A stretch of DNA of 64,000 nucleotides from IMG/VR virus record IMGVR_UViG_3300046524_000235. One strand, given 5' to 3'. Numbering within the stretch: the stretch's first letter is position 1; each line of letters starts with the position of its first letter. Made by a program: the position numbers and the translations under genes. This document shows, in pieces, positions 1 through 8,720 of the stretch. Origin of the DNA: a virus (lineage: Duplodnaviria; Heunggongvirae; Uroviricota; Caudoviricetes). Under the pieces are notes generated by a model. The model had not been told where the DNA came from. It ran no database searches and saw only the letters and a program-made list of their open reading frames with translations.

Positions 1-144
1 CTTCTTCATCAGTAGGGTCACGATTCTCTTTCTTCGTAGCTACTTGCTTGGCTTCACCAAGGACAGTACCAAGCTTAGTAAACGAAAAAGAATCACCGAG
101 TTTCAGGGCTTCAACCCGCAGTTGTTGAAGGTGTGCGTAAAGAG

Positions 145-456
145 TCATACCGAGTACCCCTTGAATTCACCTTCCATACGATAGAACTCAACGAAGATAC
201 CAAGGTCGTCAGAGCTTACGGTACCAAGCTGCCACCAAGCGCCATTGATGTGATAGAAATCGGTTCCTTCAAACGTACTCTTGCGATAAGGTACCTTCAC
301 AGGAAGCGGATGTACGCCCATCGAAGCTTTTGATACATCGTTAACCAGGCGATAGATAAAACTCTTATATCGAGTAGGAGGAGGGATAACGCTATCGATA
401 AGCCTTGCTACTTCAATAGCGTCTTGCTCAGTTTTGTCTAAATCTTGTGTGCTCAT
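145..456 (-). CDS. hypothetical protein (103 aa)
   Basis: Intact minus-strand ORF with TGA stop. No recognisable motifs. Confidence 0.4.
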   Translation of the reverse strand: MSTQDLDKTEQDAIEVARLIDSVIPPPTRYKSFIYRLVNDVSKASMGVHPLPVKVPYRKSTFEGTDFYHINGAWWQLGTVSSDDLGIFVEFYRMEGEFKGYSV

Positions 457-607
457 TTTTTACTCTTGTTAAATTGATTGTTTTGAAAGGCTTTAATTCT
501 ATCTTTATGCATCTGCTTTTTCAAGCGCTTTGGCATACGACCAAGATCGCTGATTACCTGTGCGCCAAGCTGTCTGAATGCATCGCCTAGGAGTTGTTTC
601 TCTGTCT

Positions 608-877
608 TCATTTCTTCTTACGTATTTCACGCATCTTACGCTTCAAATACAAACCAAACCACAAAGGCCACTGTACAAGCCATCCCATGCAAAAATACAA
701 GCAAAGATATGGAACAGTAATTGGCCATGTAATACCTAGCATAACCCCAATTGCCTGCTCTCCGTTATAACGGATTAAGTACATGTTATCACCACGATAT
801 CCAATTACGATCAGGCTAATTGCGATAGCAAAGGGAATCGAGATTAGATATGCCAAAACGAAATGTACCGTAGTCAT
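608..877 (-). CDS. small integral membrane protein
   Basis: Hydrophobic helices. The ORF track extends to 964, but the internal Met at 877 gives an ATGA overlap with the upstream gene, so the start is placed there. Confidence 0.35.
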   Translation of the reverse strand: MTTVHFVLAYLISIPFAIAISLIVIGYRGDNMYLIRYNGEQAIGVMLGITWPITVPYLCLYFCMGWLVQWPLWFGLYLKRKMREIRKKK

Positions 878-1107
878 TCCGTCATCCTCCGTATACACTT
901 CCCAATCCAAATTGGAAAATACCCTATGAAGAAAAGTGACAAGGCCACTGCGACAACAGGCCAAAACACTGAGTAGATCAATGCCATAACACCACCGATG
1001 ATCTTATCAAGCTCTTCTCCTCTTTGAAAGCCTACAAGTACCATTCCTAAAAATAGAGATACAGCAAGACCAATCAAATAAATATGAAAGATAAGCATTT
1101 CCACCAC
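874..1107 (-). CDS. small membrane protein (77 aa)
   Basis: Two predicted TM helices. Sits in the minus-strand gene series. Confidence 0.3.
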   Translation of the reverse strand: MVEMLIFHIYLIGLAVSLFLGMVLVGFQRGEELDKIIGGVMALIYSVFWPVVAVALSLFFIGYFPIWIGKCIRRMTE

Positions 1108-1577
1108 CTAAAGAAAAAGGGCCTGTGGAAGCGCCCTTTATATCATTGATTCGAAACTCTCACACACTGAGTCCTCTTATCGTACGTATAAGGCACAGTC
1201 CATCTGCGCCCTTTGTAACCAGCACCGCTGTACAGAAACTCATCATCCTGGCAGTGTTGCATAGTGTCATACGTTCCGATTACCTCGTACTTAGGCTGAG
1301 GAATAACAGGATTGAGATATGGTGTCGTTGCAACGGTAACTACGATGAGTGCCCACATAGTTTCCCCTAAGGGGCTTGTGTGAACACCCCTGCAGTTAAC
1401 GAAGATTATCCGTAGGCTTACGCCTCGGAAACAAGTCCATGAAGACACAGATCGGCCAAAGAATGGAACCGATAATATCTTCCAGTACTTCGCTTATACC
1501 ATCCTGTTCGTAAAAGATTGACAACATCAGGAAGTAAGCCACTGCAAGACAGAGGTAGATGTGGACAAACGTATCCA

Positions 1578-2501
1578 TTACTTCAGATCATTCCACGTCC
1601 ACTTGCCTTGATCCGATTTGACAACGTTCTGCCATGCCGGACTCGTACCCGTCGTCTCCTGGAGATCATCCAGGTTGTTGTAGAAGCACTCACGATAGTT
1701 CTTGAGCGCATTCACGAACTTTGCCGACTTGTATTCACGCGTAACCAGAAGCGAAGTGATCGATACCGTCTGAACGCCAGCCGCACCCAGGTTACGGTAA
1801 CTCACACGAGCCGGTTGATACACCGCCTTGAGCTTGTCTTGAACCGGAGCCGGAATAGCCAGGATCTTGAAGATCGACGGCAGAGCTTCGATTTCTTTCA
1901 TGGGCTGACCACCTACTATAACCACAGCATCGACTTGTTTGTTCGTCAGTGCGGACAGGGCATCAGCGTTAGTGTTGAATTCCTGAACGTTGTACGTAAG
2001 CCCGCCTTGGAATTTGATCACTTTCGCAGTCAATACCGAACCGCCAGCAGCGCCGATGGTACGACCATTCAGGTCCGAGACGTTGTTGAACTTGATCTCT
2101 TTCCCACCGATACCCATGAAGCCACCTTCCTTCACGCCATCGCCACGAGCCAGGAAGTGAACTTGCTCCGGGTGGAGCGAGAACAGCGTCTTGATCTTCG
2201 AGAGATCTTCGGTCTTCGCACGAAGCACGAGAACGTCGGTCTGCACGATTGCGCCGTTGACTTGGTTGGCAACCAGCTTGTCGATGTTGTCGTTCGAGCC
2301 TAGGCTGTTGATTTCCTTCACCTCGCCAAGACCACAGCGCTGATTCAATTCCTTGAACATTGCCGAGTACGTACCCTTCGGCCCGCCAGTTGCCACGGTG
2401 AGTGACTGAGCGTGTGCATTGTGCATGACCATCCACGTGATCAGAGCGCCTACGATCATGCCGTAGATCCAACGACGGTTGTTGTACTTGTTGTTGAACA
2501 T
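1578..2501 (-). CDS. secreted periplasmic solute-binding protein, TAXI/PhnD-like
   Basis: N-terminal signal peptide (…MVMHNAHA|QS). The ATGGPKGTYSAMF motif resembles the TGGxGGxYY signature of TAXI-family TRAP solute receptors. Size is about 300 aa. Confidence 0.5.
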   Translation of the reverse strand: MFNNKYNNRRWIYGMIVGALITWMVMHNAHAQSLTVATGGPKGTYSAMFKELNQRCGLGEVKEINSLGSNDNIDKLVANQVNGAIVQTDVLVLRAKTEDLSKIKTLFSLHPEQVHFLARGDGVKEGGFMGIGGKEIKFNNVSDLNGRTIGAAGGSVLTAKVIKFQGGLTYNVQEFNTNADALSALTNKQVDAVVIVGGQPMKEIEALPSIFKILAIPAPVQDKLKAVYQPARVSYRNLGAAGVQTVSITSLLVTREYKSAKFVNALKNYRECFYNNLDDLQETTGTSPAWQNVVKSDQGKWTWNDLK

Positions 2502-2669
2502 GTCAATTCACCTTGAGGTCTTTGAAATTGTTATCGTCCGAAGACGTTGAGGCAGCCGGAGCCGCCGTTTGGGTTTGCACTGCGTCAGAAGCCTGCTGAG
2601 CGGATCCAGAGTCATGGTTGAAGGCGAAGTAGCCACCAACACAAACCAGGACCACCAAGAGGCTGCAAA

Positions 2670-3035
2670 TCAGTCGGTACACTTTTGTGACTCCTGCATC
2701 AGGGTGATCATCTTCACGTTGAATGCGGACAGGCGATCCCGTGCATCTGTGGAATACTCATCCGACAACTTTTGACGATGAATAGGTGTATCAAAAGCCC
2801 CTGCGAAGGCCAGATACGCATCTTTCCATTCGGCATACAGCTCTGCCGAAATGGTTACTTCTTTCTCAGGTCCGGGTTGGTGAAGCTGAGACCCGCCTTG
2901 GGGATCTACCCAGCAATACTGCGATAGCGGTGTCTGGTCTTCATAACGCTTCTTTCCTCGCCACATGTTTCCCGAAAGCCTCGTAGGAGCTAATACAATC
3001 GGGACCTTGCAGTGCTTACAAATGCCTTCGAACAT
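2670..3035 (-). CDS. hypothetical protein (about 121 aa); start placed at Met of MFEGICKHC
   Basis: ORF track extends to 3113. An ATG at 3033-3035 directly follows the stop of an upstream micro-ORF, at a junction sequence (GGGGTTAAACATG) that is repeated at 3162-3174. Confidence 0.4.
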   Translation of the reverse strand: MFEGICKHCKVPIVLAPTRLSGNMWRGKKRYEDQTPLSQYCWVDPQGGSQLHQPGPEKEVTISAELYAEWKDAYLAFAGAFDTPIHRQKLSDEYSTDARDRLSAFNVKMITLMQESQKCTD

Positions 3036-3037
3036 GT

Positions 3038-3166
3038 TTAACCCCGGTTGAGATGGGAAAGGAGAACGTTGGCCTGAATCGTGGAGGTCACGAACACAAT
3101 CGAGTCTCCACACGGATCATAAATATGCCAGCCGTCTGCTTCTTCATCGTACTCTTTTGTGTACAT
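3038..3166 (-). CDS. micro-protein, 42 aa (MYTKEYDEEADGWHIYDPCGDSIVFVTSTIQANVLLSHLNRG)
   Basis: Hand translation. ATG start. The TAA stop lies inside the first copy of a 40-bp direct repeat. Paralogous to the next feature. Confidence 0.3.
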   Translation of the reverse strand: MYTKEYDEEADGWHIYDPCGDSIVFVTSTIQANVLLSHLNRG

Positions 3167-3168
3167 GT

Positions 3169-3297
3169 TTAACCCCGGTTGAGATGGGAGAGAAGAGCGT
3201 CAGCTTGAGATCTCGAACTGACTTCTGCAATTACATTTTCCTGCGGATCGAGAATATTCCAAGCACATTCAAGCCAGTTCCAGTCTTTCTTGTACAC
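3169..3297 (-). CDS. micro-protein paralog, about 42 aa, GTG start (possible pseudogene)
   Basis: Hand translation: VYKKDWNWLECAWNILDPQENVIAEVSSRSQADALLSHLNRG. Same C-terminus (ALLSHLNRG) as the previous feature. No in-frame ATG. Confidence 0.2.
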   Translation of the reverse strand: MYKKDWNWLECAWNILDPQENVIAEVSSRSQADALLSHLNRG

Positions 3298-3298
3298 G

Positions 3299-3511
3299 TC
3301 AAAAGCTCCTCGTGGTTATTTCTTTGCGACACTGGCCACAGTTAAAGCCATCACGGCCTTCGCTACCACCACCAATATCCCTTCCCCGATACAACTCTCG
3401 CACATCTACGGGGAGATACTCGTTGATAGCACCGCAGTTCTTGCACGTAATGCGCTTTGATACGGCGCTATCCTGGCCGACTACCTTAACCATGTCACAC
3501 CTTTTGAGCAA
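3299..3511 (-). CDS. zinc-ribbon protein (70 aa)
   Basis: Two CxxC pairs (CKNCG…CGQC). Confidence 0.4.
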   Translation of the reverse strand: MLKRCDMVKVVGQDSAVSKRITCKNCGAINEYLPVDVRELYRGRDIGGGSEGRDGFNCGQCRKEITTRSF

Positions 3512-4250
3512 CCTTCACAGTGGAGAAATCCACCACTTGTGCAGGATCGTTGGTAAGAAGCGAAGCCGACTGCGGGGTTACAACCTGTCCCGGAACTTCA
3601 GTCAGCAGCGACGTTTCGAGCTGAGACATAGCACGGTTCATGTTCTCGCTCACTTGATCGATGGCAGTCTTCGACTTCAGCTCTTCCAGCAACTTGTCCG
3701 AATCCATCTGGGCCATACTGTTGAGCTTCTGCATCTCCAGCGCCATCTCGTTGACAGCCTTGCATTTCTCGATTTCAGCAAAGTACGTATCGAGCGCAGC
3801 GTCAGCCAGACGATAATTGTCCTGCCACTTCTTCAGAACCAGCTTCATGTTCGCATGATTCGTTTCGAACACTTCCGCTTGATCAGGAAACTTCTGCTTG
3901 AATCCAGCCAGCTTGTCACCGAAGTTTTTGATCTGTGTGCTCAGATTAGCAATTGCAGTCTGAGCTTCCTTCAGCTTGTCCTGCCGAGCATGAGCAACGT
4001 TGATCATTGTTTCAATCGGATTGCTCTTGGCTTCAGCTACGATGGCCTTGATCTTCCAGTTGGCGAACTTCATCGAGATCACCGGCGCGAAGTTGACAAT
4101 AGCCAACGCCACAATACCAGCGATACCGATACCAACCAAGCCCTTTACTAGCAGCATGATTGCAGGAGCCAGGATAGCAATCGCTATAGCGCCGATTGCG
4201 ATTTTGACGATCCCCGCAACCTTTTTACGTTTCAAATCGATGTCGTTCAC
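3495..4250 (-). CDS. membrane-anchored coiled-coil protein
   Basis: N-terminal Ala/Ile/Gly-rich TM segments followed by a long heptad-like coiled-coil. No enzymatic motif. Confidence 0.45.
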   Translation of the reverse strand: MNDIDLKRKKVAGIVKIAIGAIAIAILAPAIMLLVKGLVGIGIAGIVALAIVNFAPVISMKFANWKIKAIVAEAKSNPIETMINVAHARQDKLKEAQTAIANLSTQIKNFGDKLAGFKQKFPDQAEVFETNHANMKLVLKKWQDNYRLADAALDTYFAEIEKCKAVNEMALEMQKLNSMAQMDSDKLLEELKSKTAIDQVSENMNRAMSQLETSLLTEVPGQVVTPQSASLLTNDPAQVVDFSTVKVAQKV

Positions 4251-4456
4251 TTTGATTCTCCCTTTCCGGATTGGTAACCTTTGTTCCAGGACGCATGAAG
4301 CGGACTGAAAACACTGTAATTATTTTGAATCTTGCCGTCGCCAGTGATTGCTGCAGTACGGCCTTCTTCAAAAGCTTCTTTATGCCACTCACTATCAATC
4401 TGACGCCAGCCCATGATTTTCCTTAGTAAACTTCGGTTCGTGTGCCTTCGTAGCAC
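4247..4456 (-). CDS. hypothetical small protein
   Basis: ORF in the gene series. ATGA overlap with the upstream gene. Confidence 0.3.
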   Translation of the reverse strand: MLRRHTNRSLLRKIMGWRQIDSEWHKEAFEEGRTAAITGDGKIQNNYSVFSPLHASWNKGYQSGKGESK

Positions 4457-4683
4457 TCGTAGACGTAAACATGTTCAGGCTTAGTACAACCTTTGCCGCA
4501 GAAAACCCTACGTCCAGTAGGAGCTTCAATGACAAGATTACATCCGTGTATACGAAGATCTTCGCTGTGCTGATATCGTGCGTAAAGACTCGCTGCAACG
4601 AAGACCAGCACAATTAGGATTAATCCCCATACCAGATTTTCCTGCGATAGAAAATCGTACTCTTGCCTTCTGTGCAGACTCAT
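4423..4683 (-). CDS. hypothetical small membrane protein
   Basis: ORF track gives 4423..4713. The internal Met at 4683 gives an ATGA overlap with the upstream gene. One TM helix. Confidence 0.3.
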   Translation of the reverse strand: MSLHRRQEYDFLSQENLVWGLILIVLVFVAASLYARYQHSEDLRIHGCNLVIEAPTGRRVFCGKGCTKPEHVYVYECYEGTRTEVY

Positions 4684-4883
4684 TTGTTGTACCACGATAC
4701 ATGAGTTGCCCATTCCGGCTTTGCAGCGAAACTGTCAACCACCGACTCTTGCTTCTCGCCTTTACACCAGAAACCAGTTCCATCAGAAGGAATGAAAGCA
4801 CCACATTCGACACTTTCAGCCCAATCCTTCGCCGTCATAACGTCTGCGTATCCCGGCACTTCGGTGAACTCATACTCAGTCAT
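4680..4883 (-). CDS. hypothetical protein (67 aa)
   Basis: Intact ORF; coupled to the mini-ORF upstream. Confidence 0.4.
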   Translation of the reverse strand: MTEYEFTEVPGYADVMTAKDWAESVECGAFIPSDGTGFWCKGEKQESVVDSFAAKPEWATHVSWYNK

Positions 4884-4884
4884 G

Positions 4885-5019
4885 TCACCACCACCACTTG
4901 GAAAGAAAATGGAATCCTACGAAAGCAACCGTTCCGAGGACTCCGATACAGATGAGTGCCACCAACACGAACCACAGTTCGATAATGGTGAATCCTTTTT
5001 GTTTGTGTTTCGAGAGCAT
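4885..5019 (-). CDS. 44-aa mini-protein with a type IV pilin-like N-terminus
   Basis: Hand translation: MLSKHKQKGFTIIELWFVLVALICIGVLGTVAFVGFHFLSKWWW. AAGGAG Shine-Dalgarno 5 nt upstream of the ATG. QKG|FTxxE resembles the prepilin cleavage/N-methylation motif. Confidence 0.4.
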   Translation of the reverse strand: MLSKHKQKGFTIIELWFVLVALICIGVLGTVAFVGFHFLSKWWW

Positions 5020-5034
5020 GGCACTCCTTGTTAG

Positions 5035-6615
5035 TTAATTGCCAGGTCCATAGAGATTTATAGTAAAACTTACAGCATCCGTCAACGCATCTGAGAGCGT
5101 AATCGTAACTACATTACCACTTACAGTCATTTCTGCATTAGCCCCGCCTAGATCATTATCTGTACGGAACTGTGGGAACCAGTTTGAACGACTGCATGTT
5201 TCAAAGTCCAAAGCAGTGTAAGTCGCACTTAGCGAACCGGCAGGGATATTAATCACTGGCAGGTTATATGTTTGCGGAATAATACGTGCACGTGTTGTAC
5301 CTGACAGGAATGTCTTTCCTGCAGCAGGAAGGTTGTGTAGTCTCGTAGCTGAAATGCCACGTGAGCTACTATTATTAACCTTGATGACACCAGAAGTAAA
5401 TGCCGATAGTGTTCCAGCACCACCAGACTCTAGAGTATCATTAAGATCAAGACCTTCAATGTATCCAGCCTTGATTGCGAAGTCTTGAGCTTCACTAGGA
5501 ATCACTGCTGCACCACTTACGAACGAATCCCAACCACTATCTTCAAGCTTTAGCTGATAGAAGTTTGAATCAGTAGGCAACAGGTTAATAAATGCGTTAC
5601 CGAGTCGCTCACAGCCAATACGCCTCCATCTACTAGAGACCGTCATACCGGCTGTTACTGTAGATGCTAGACGGGGATCAAGAACATTGTCCTGATAGAC
5701 GAAGTAAGGCGCATAGCCATTAAAGTAATCGTCCATGTCTGCATGTACGCCGAAGCTACCATTTCTCGGCAGATAAAATGCTGCACGTTGTTCTGCGTTA
5801 CTGGAACATTCTTTCCATGTCCAGTCGCCACCAGTGCTTAGGATATTCCACGTTGCGAAATTACCTGTTGCACCGACGTTATCAAGTGAGCTGTGACCGT
5901 CATTAGTCCAAGCTGTATATGCGAAACGCACGCCTGTTACGAAGAGATCTTTAGCATCGAACTTGTGATTACCACCATTACCGAAAATAATGCCATCCAT
6001 CAAACAACCGGTCGTTCCAATTACTGCACCCTTCTGACCAGGACCCATAATCTTGAAGCCACGATACTTAGCTGTGTCAAGCTTCCTTGGACCGTTGTAC
6101 ATCTGTAGACATGCAGTGCCAGCACCCATGTCTTGTGACCAACGAAGAATTACACCGTCGTTCTGCCCACCCATTCTGTAAGATGAGCAAATGATGTGTT
6201 TATCAACTGATTTGAGTTGTACGCCAGAGCATAGGTACATGCCCCGAACCAGTTTAACGTTTGCGGTTAGAGGCGAATCAAGAGCCGCTTGGACTTTTGT
6301 ACCTGTTTGGCTTAGGCCAGTGAAGTCAGCGCCATACCATACTGCTGAGTGATAATCATTGTAGATAGCGCCAGCGATAGTGCCACCCTTAGACAGATCA
6401 AAGATCGTCTGATAATCGCTTGCGTCGATAAACGCATTTAGAAAGGTTACTACTACACCTGCTGCTGGTTGAAGGACCCCACCTTCATCGAAGATACAAC
6501 GTCCGCTAAACGTTGTGTTAGCTACTACTGGGGTTAGACCTGATATACGAGTTACGTTCATGTTTGTACACTTTAAGTTAGGGTGATGCTTATATGCAGA
6601 GAGCATGTAAGACAC
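5035..6615 (-). CDS. large Gly/Thr/Asn-rich protein, possibly beta-helix tail-fibre/tailspike-like
   Basis: 526-aa ORF with many G-x-G and N/T-rich repeats. No catalytic motif recognised. Confidence 0.3.
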   Translation of the reverse strand: MSYMLSAYKHHPNLKCTNMNVTRISGLTPVVANTTFSGRCIFDEGGVLQPAAGVVVTFLNAFIDASDYQTIFDLSKGGTIAGAIYNDYHSAVWYGADFTGLSQTGTKVQAALDSPLTANVKLVRGMYLCSGVQLKSVDKHIICSSYRMGGQNDGVILRWSQDMGAGTACLQMYNGPRKLDTAKYRGFKIMGPGQKGAVIGTTGCLMDGIIFGNGGNHKFDAKDLFVTGVRFAYTAWTNDGHSSLDNVGATGNFATWNILSTGGDWTWKECSSNAEQRAAFYLPRNGSFGVHADMDDYFNGYAPYFVYQDNVLDPRLASTVTAGMTVSSRWRRIGCERLGNAFINLLPTDSNFYQLKLEDSGWDSFVSGAAVIPSEAQDFAIKAGYIEGLDLNDTLESGGAGTLSAFTSGVIKVNNSSSRGISATRLHNLPAAGKTFLSGTTRARIIPQTYNLPVINIPAGSLSATYTALDFETCSRSNWFPQFRTDNDLGGANAEMTVSGNVVTITLSDALTDAVSFTINLYGPGN

Positions 6616-6653
6616 CTACCCTAAACATAAAAGTAAGTACTATTCCTACAACT

Positions 6654-6668
6654 CTCTTATACCAAAAT
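6654..6668 (-). promoter_or_regulatory. promoter-like motif
   Basis: Plus-strand ctcttataccaaaat, about 40 nt upstream of the ATG at 6615. Confidence 0.4.
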
Positions 6669-6680
6669 TAGGCTTTGTAA

Positions 6681-7322
6681 TTAAAGTCCGGACCGGTAAT
6701 ATCTGGATTCTTTTAGATACTTTTTAGATTCCTTTAGAAGATGTTTCTTCAAGATATCCCATTGGCTCCATTCAAAAGTACACTGAGCCGTGCTCGGGGT
6801 ATAAGGTTGTTTCAGATGAATATGTTTCCACTGAGGATCCACGGCACCAGTAATCACAGGTTTATCATCAATGAGATAATCCCCGCGAACTACAGTTTTA
6901 TCCTTTGTAAGGATCATTCGTTTAAGCCAGAAATCTCCGAGGATTTTCTTAACCCACTGAGCCTTCTCAGAATGACAGAGCAGGTCTTCAAAGTCAAGTT
7001 CAGGGGCGCTACAGATGTAAGGTTCGATAAAGTCCTTACAATTCTCTTCAATGTCCTTCATCGCCTCAATTGAACCAGGAATGGTTTCAAGTGAAGCATA
7101 GAAACCTTTCGTACGGGGAATCTTGAGAAGATCTTCCCGGTGTTCTTCCGGAAACAACCCTTCAATGAAAAACTCTGTTACATCTTCTTGCTTGGGAACG
7201 AACCGGTCAGGGTACTTTTCTGCATACGTGCTCAGTACACGCTTGGTCCAATCGGCTTGAACGCCGTCCATGTCAATCAACAGAATTACTTTATTAGTCA
7301 TCAATTTCCCCGAAGAATACAA
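6681..7322 (-). CDS. HAD-family 5'(3')-deoxyribonucleotidase-like
   Basis: N-terminal DMDGV motif (HAD DxDx[TV]). Size and layout fit NT5C-type deoxynucleotidases. Confidence 0.55.
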   Translation of the reverse strand: MYSSGKLMTNKVILLIDMDGVQADWTKRVLSTYAEKYPDRFVPKQEDVTEFFIEGLFPEEHREDLLKIPRTKGFYASLETIPGSIEAMKDIEENCKDFIEPYICSAPELDFEDLLCHSEKAQWVKKILGDFWLKRMILTKDKTVVRGDYLIDDKPVITGAVDPQWKHIHLKQPYTPSTAQCTFEWSQWDILKKHLLKESKKYLKESRYYRSGL

Positions 7323-7448
7323 AAAGAATACAACAGATTACTACTACGATTTCAATCGCTGCTGTTACGTAGTTACCCCAACCAATTGCTAGACCAGCAA
7401 TAAAAGCATTTAGTAAAGCAATGCTTAGTAAAGTCTTATGTGGCATGT

Positions 7449-7667
7449 TCACCTCGTTATTACCTCAGCTTCAGTTTCCAGCCACACTCGTGCTCCACAT
7501 GATAGAGGTTTGTCAGGCGAGTATACCAGTTTGGAGGGGCCGTTGATTTCTACTTCACGACATTTCGTGTTTGACTTATAAGTCTTTACGCTAATAACAG
7601 GCAAGTCAGTACCGTTCTTACGGTTTGCTCTGATAGCGTGTTGGTCAATATGAATTCTGCTTTTCAT
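7449..7667 (-). CDS. hypothetical protein (72 aa)
   Basis: Intact ORF. Confidence 0.35.
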   Translation of the reverse strand: MKSRIHIDQHAIRANRKNGTDLPVISVKTYKSNTKCREVEINGPSKLVYSPDKPLSCGARVWLETEAEVITR

Positions 7668-7713
7668 TGTTAAACAAAAAAGAAAGCCCGAGAATACCCG
7701 GGCTTGAAATTTA

Positions 7714-7992
7714 TTAACTACCCTTCTGTCCAGCCCTTGCTTCTGTCGAATTCACCAACTCTTCGAGCGTAGACTTCAATCCTGAAATCGACTCGGACAG
7801 TGCCTTGCTGGCTTCCCGTTGTTCGTCTTGACGACGAACGTAGCCTGCGACGAACATGTTCAGCAGTTCAGCACGAACAAGCATTGTTTGACCAGGAGTC
7901 AATTGGATTTCTCCAAGCTCAATGGTCTCCATTGCCGAGTCGATCATGCCGTTCATGTGTTCAACCGTTTTCGAAGCGTTTACCGTCATCAT
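7714..7992 (-). CDS. hypothetical protein (92 aa)
   Basis: Intact ORF. Confidence 0.4.
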   Translation of the reverse strand: MMTVNASKTVEHMNGMIDSAMETIELGEIQLTPGQTMLVRAELLNMFVAGYVRRQDEQREASKALSESISGLKSTLEELVNSTEARAGQKGS

Positions 7993-8012
7993 TTTCAGTT
8001 CCTGTTATTAAA

Positions 8013-8369
8013 TTAAACTTCGATGTTGATGCGGCCATAGTTCTGACGCGAGAACATATGGTACGGAAAGCCGAGTTCCGGCGAGTAGTGCGTGCGGTTC
8101 AAGAACTCTTGCACACCTTCGTCCCAGAAGATTTGGTGCGCTGCGATATCCGGATGCGGCTGATCCGCAAACACAGTATGGAAGGTGGGGAAATGCAAGT
8201 CGGTGAGCTGAACTGCAATTCGCTCTTGCAAGTGGAACGAGCTTTGCAGTTTGTACGCAACCCTGTCTTTCCAGGCTTCGGTATTCATTTTGCACTGCGT
8301 ATAAGCAACGCAGATAATCGCCAGCGTGAAGATTGCGAAAATCACAAGAATCAGTTGAACGATAAACAT
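8013..8369 (-). CDS. membrane protein (118 aa)
   Basis: N-terminal TM helix. Promoter-like motif 55 nt upstream. Confidence 0.45.
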   Translation of the reverse strand: MFIVQLILVIFAIFTLAIICVAYTQCKMNTEAWKDRVAYKLQSSFHLQERIAVQLTDLHFPTFHTVFADQPHPDIAAHQIFWDEGVQEFLNRTHYSPELGFPYHMFSRQNYGRINIEV

Positions 8370-8491
8370 TTTTGGTTAGGTCCTTAGGTCGATGAAAAAT
8401 AATATAATTTTCTACTACAAGATTCTTATACCAAGTTTGTATCGAAAAACTAAAAAAAGAACAAATGAAAACGGAGCCGAAGCTCCGTGTG

Positions 8492-8680
8492 TTAGTCGTT
8501 TTCTAACATGTCCTTAGCTTTCGCCAAGGCTTTGCTGATAGAGTAAAACCGATTACCCTGACACCAGTTGCAACTGCCGTGATTACGACATGTACGGTCC
8601 ACGCTTTTGGCATAGTTATACTTGTAAACACGACGGTTGTCTTTGCGGTTAGGATAGTTCTTATCAGTTTCAAAAGCCAT
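8492..8680 (-). CDS. small Cys-rich protein
   Basis: CRNHGSCNWCQGN cluster. Confidence 0.35.
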   Translation of the reverse strand: MAFETDKNYPNRKDNRRVYKYNYAKSVDRTCRNHGSCNWCQGNRFYSISKALAKAKDMLEND

Positions 8681-8720
8681 GAGTAACTCCGTATAGAATT
8701 ATTTCATAGCAATTCTCCTT

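Noticed and set aside
1518-2303. 261-aa plus-strand ORF. Similar long plus-strand ORFs occur at 3312..4151, 22529..23416, 23982..24704, 24906..26033, 41609..42106 and 44593..45252.
   Set aside because: All lie antisense to well-supported minus-strand genes (TAXI-like SBP, coiled-coil protein, SPFH lipoprotein, AAA+ ATPase, Pnkp, Hen1). They are Arg/Leu/Ser-rich as expected for antisense frames of coding DNA, and have no RBS or motif.
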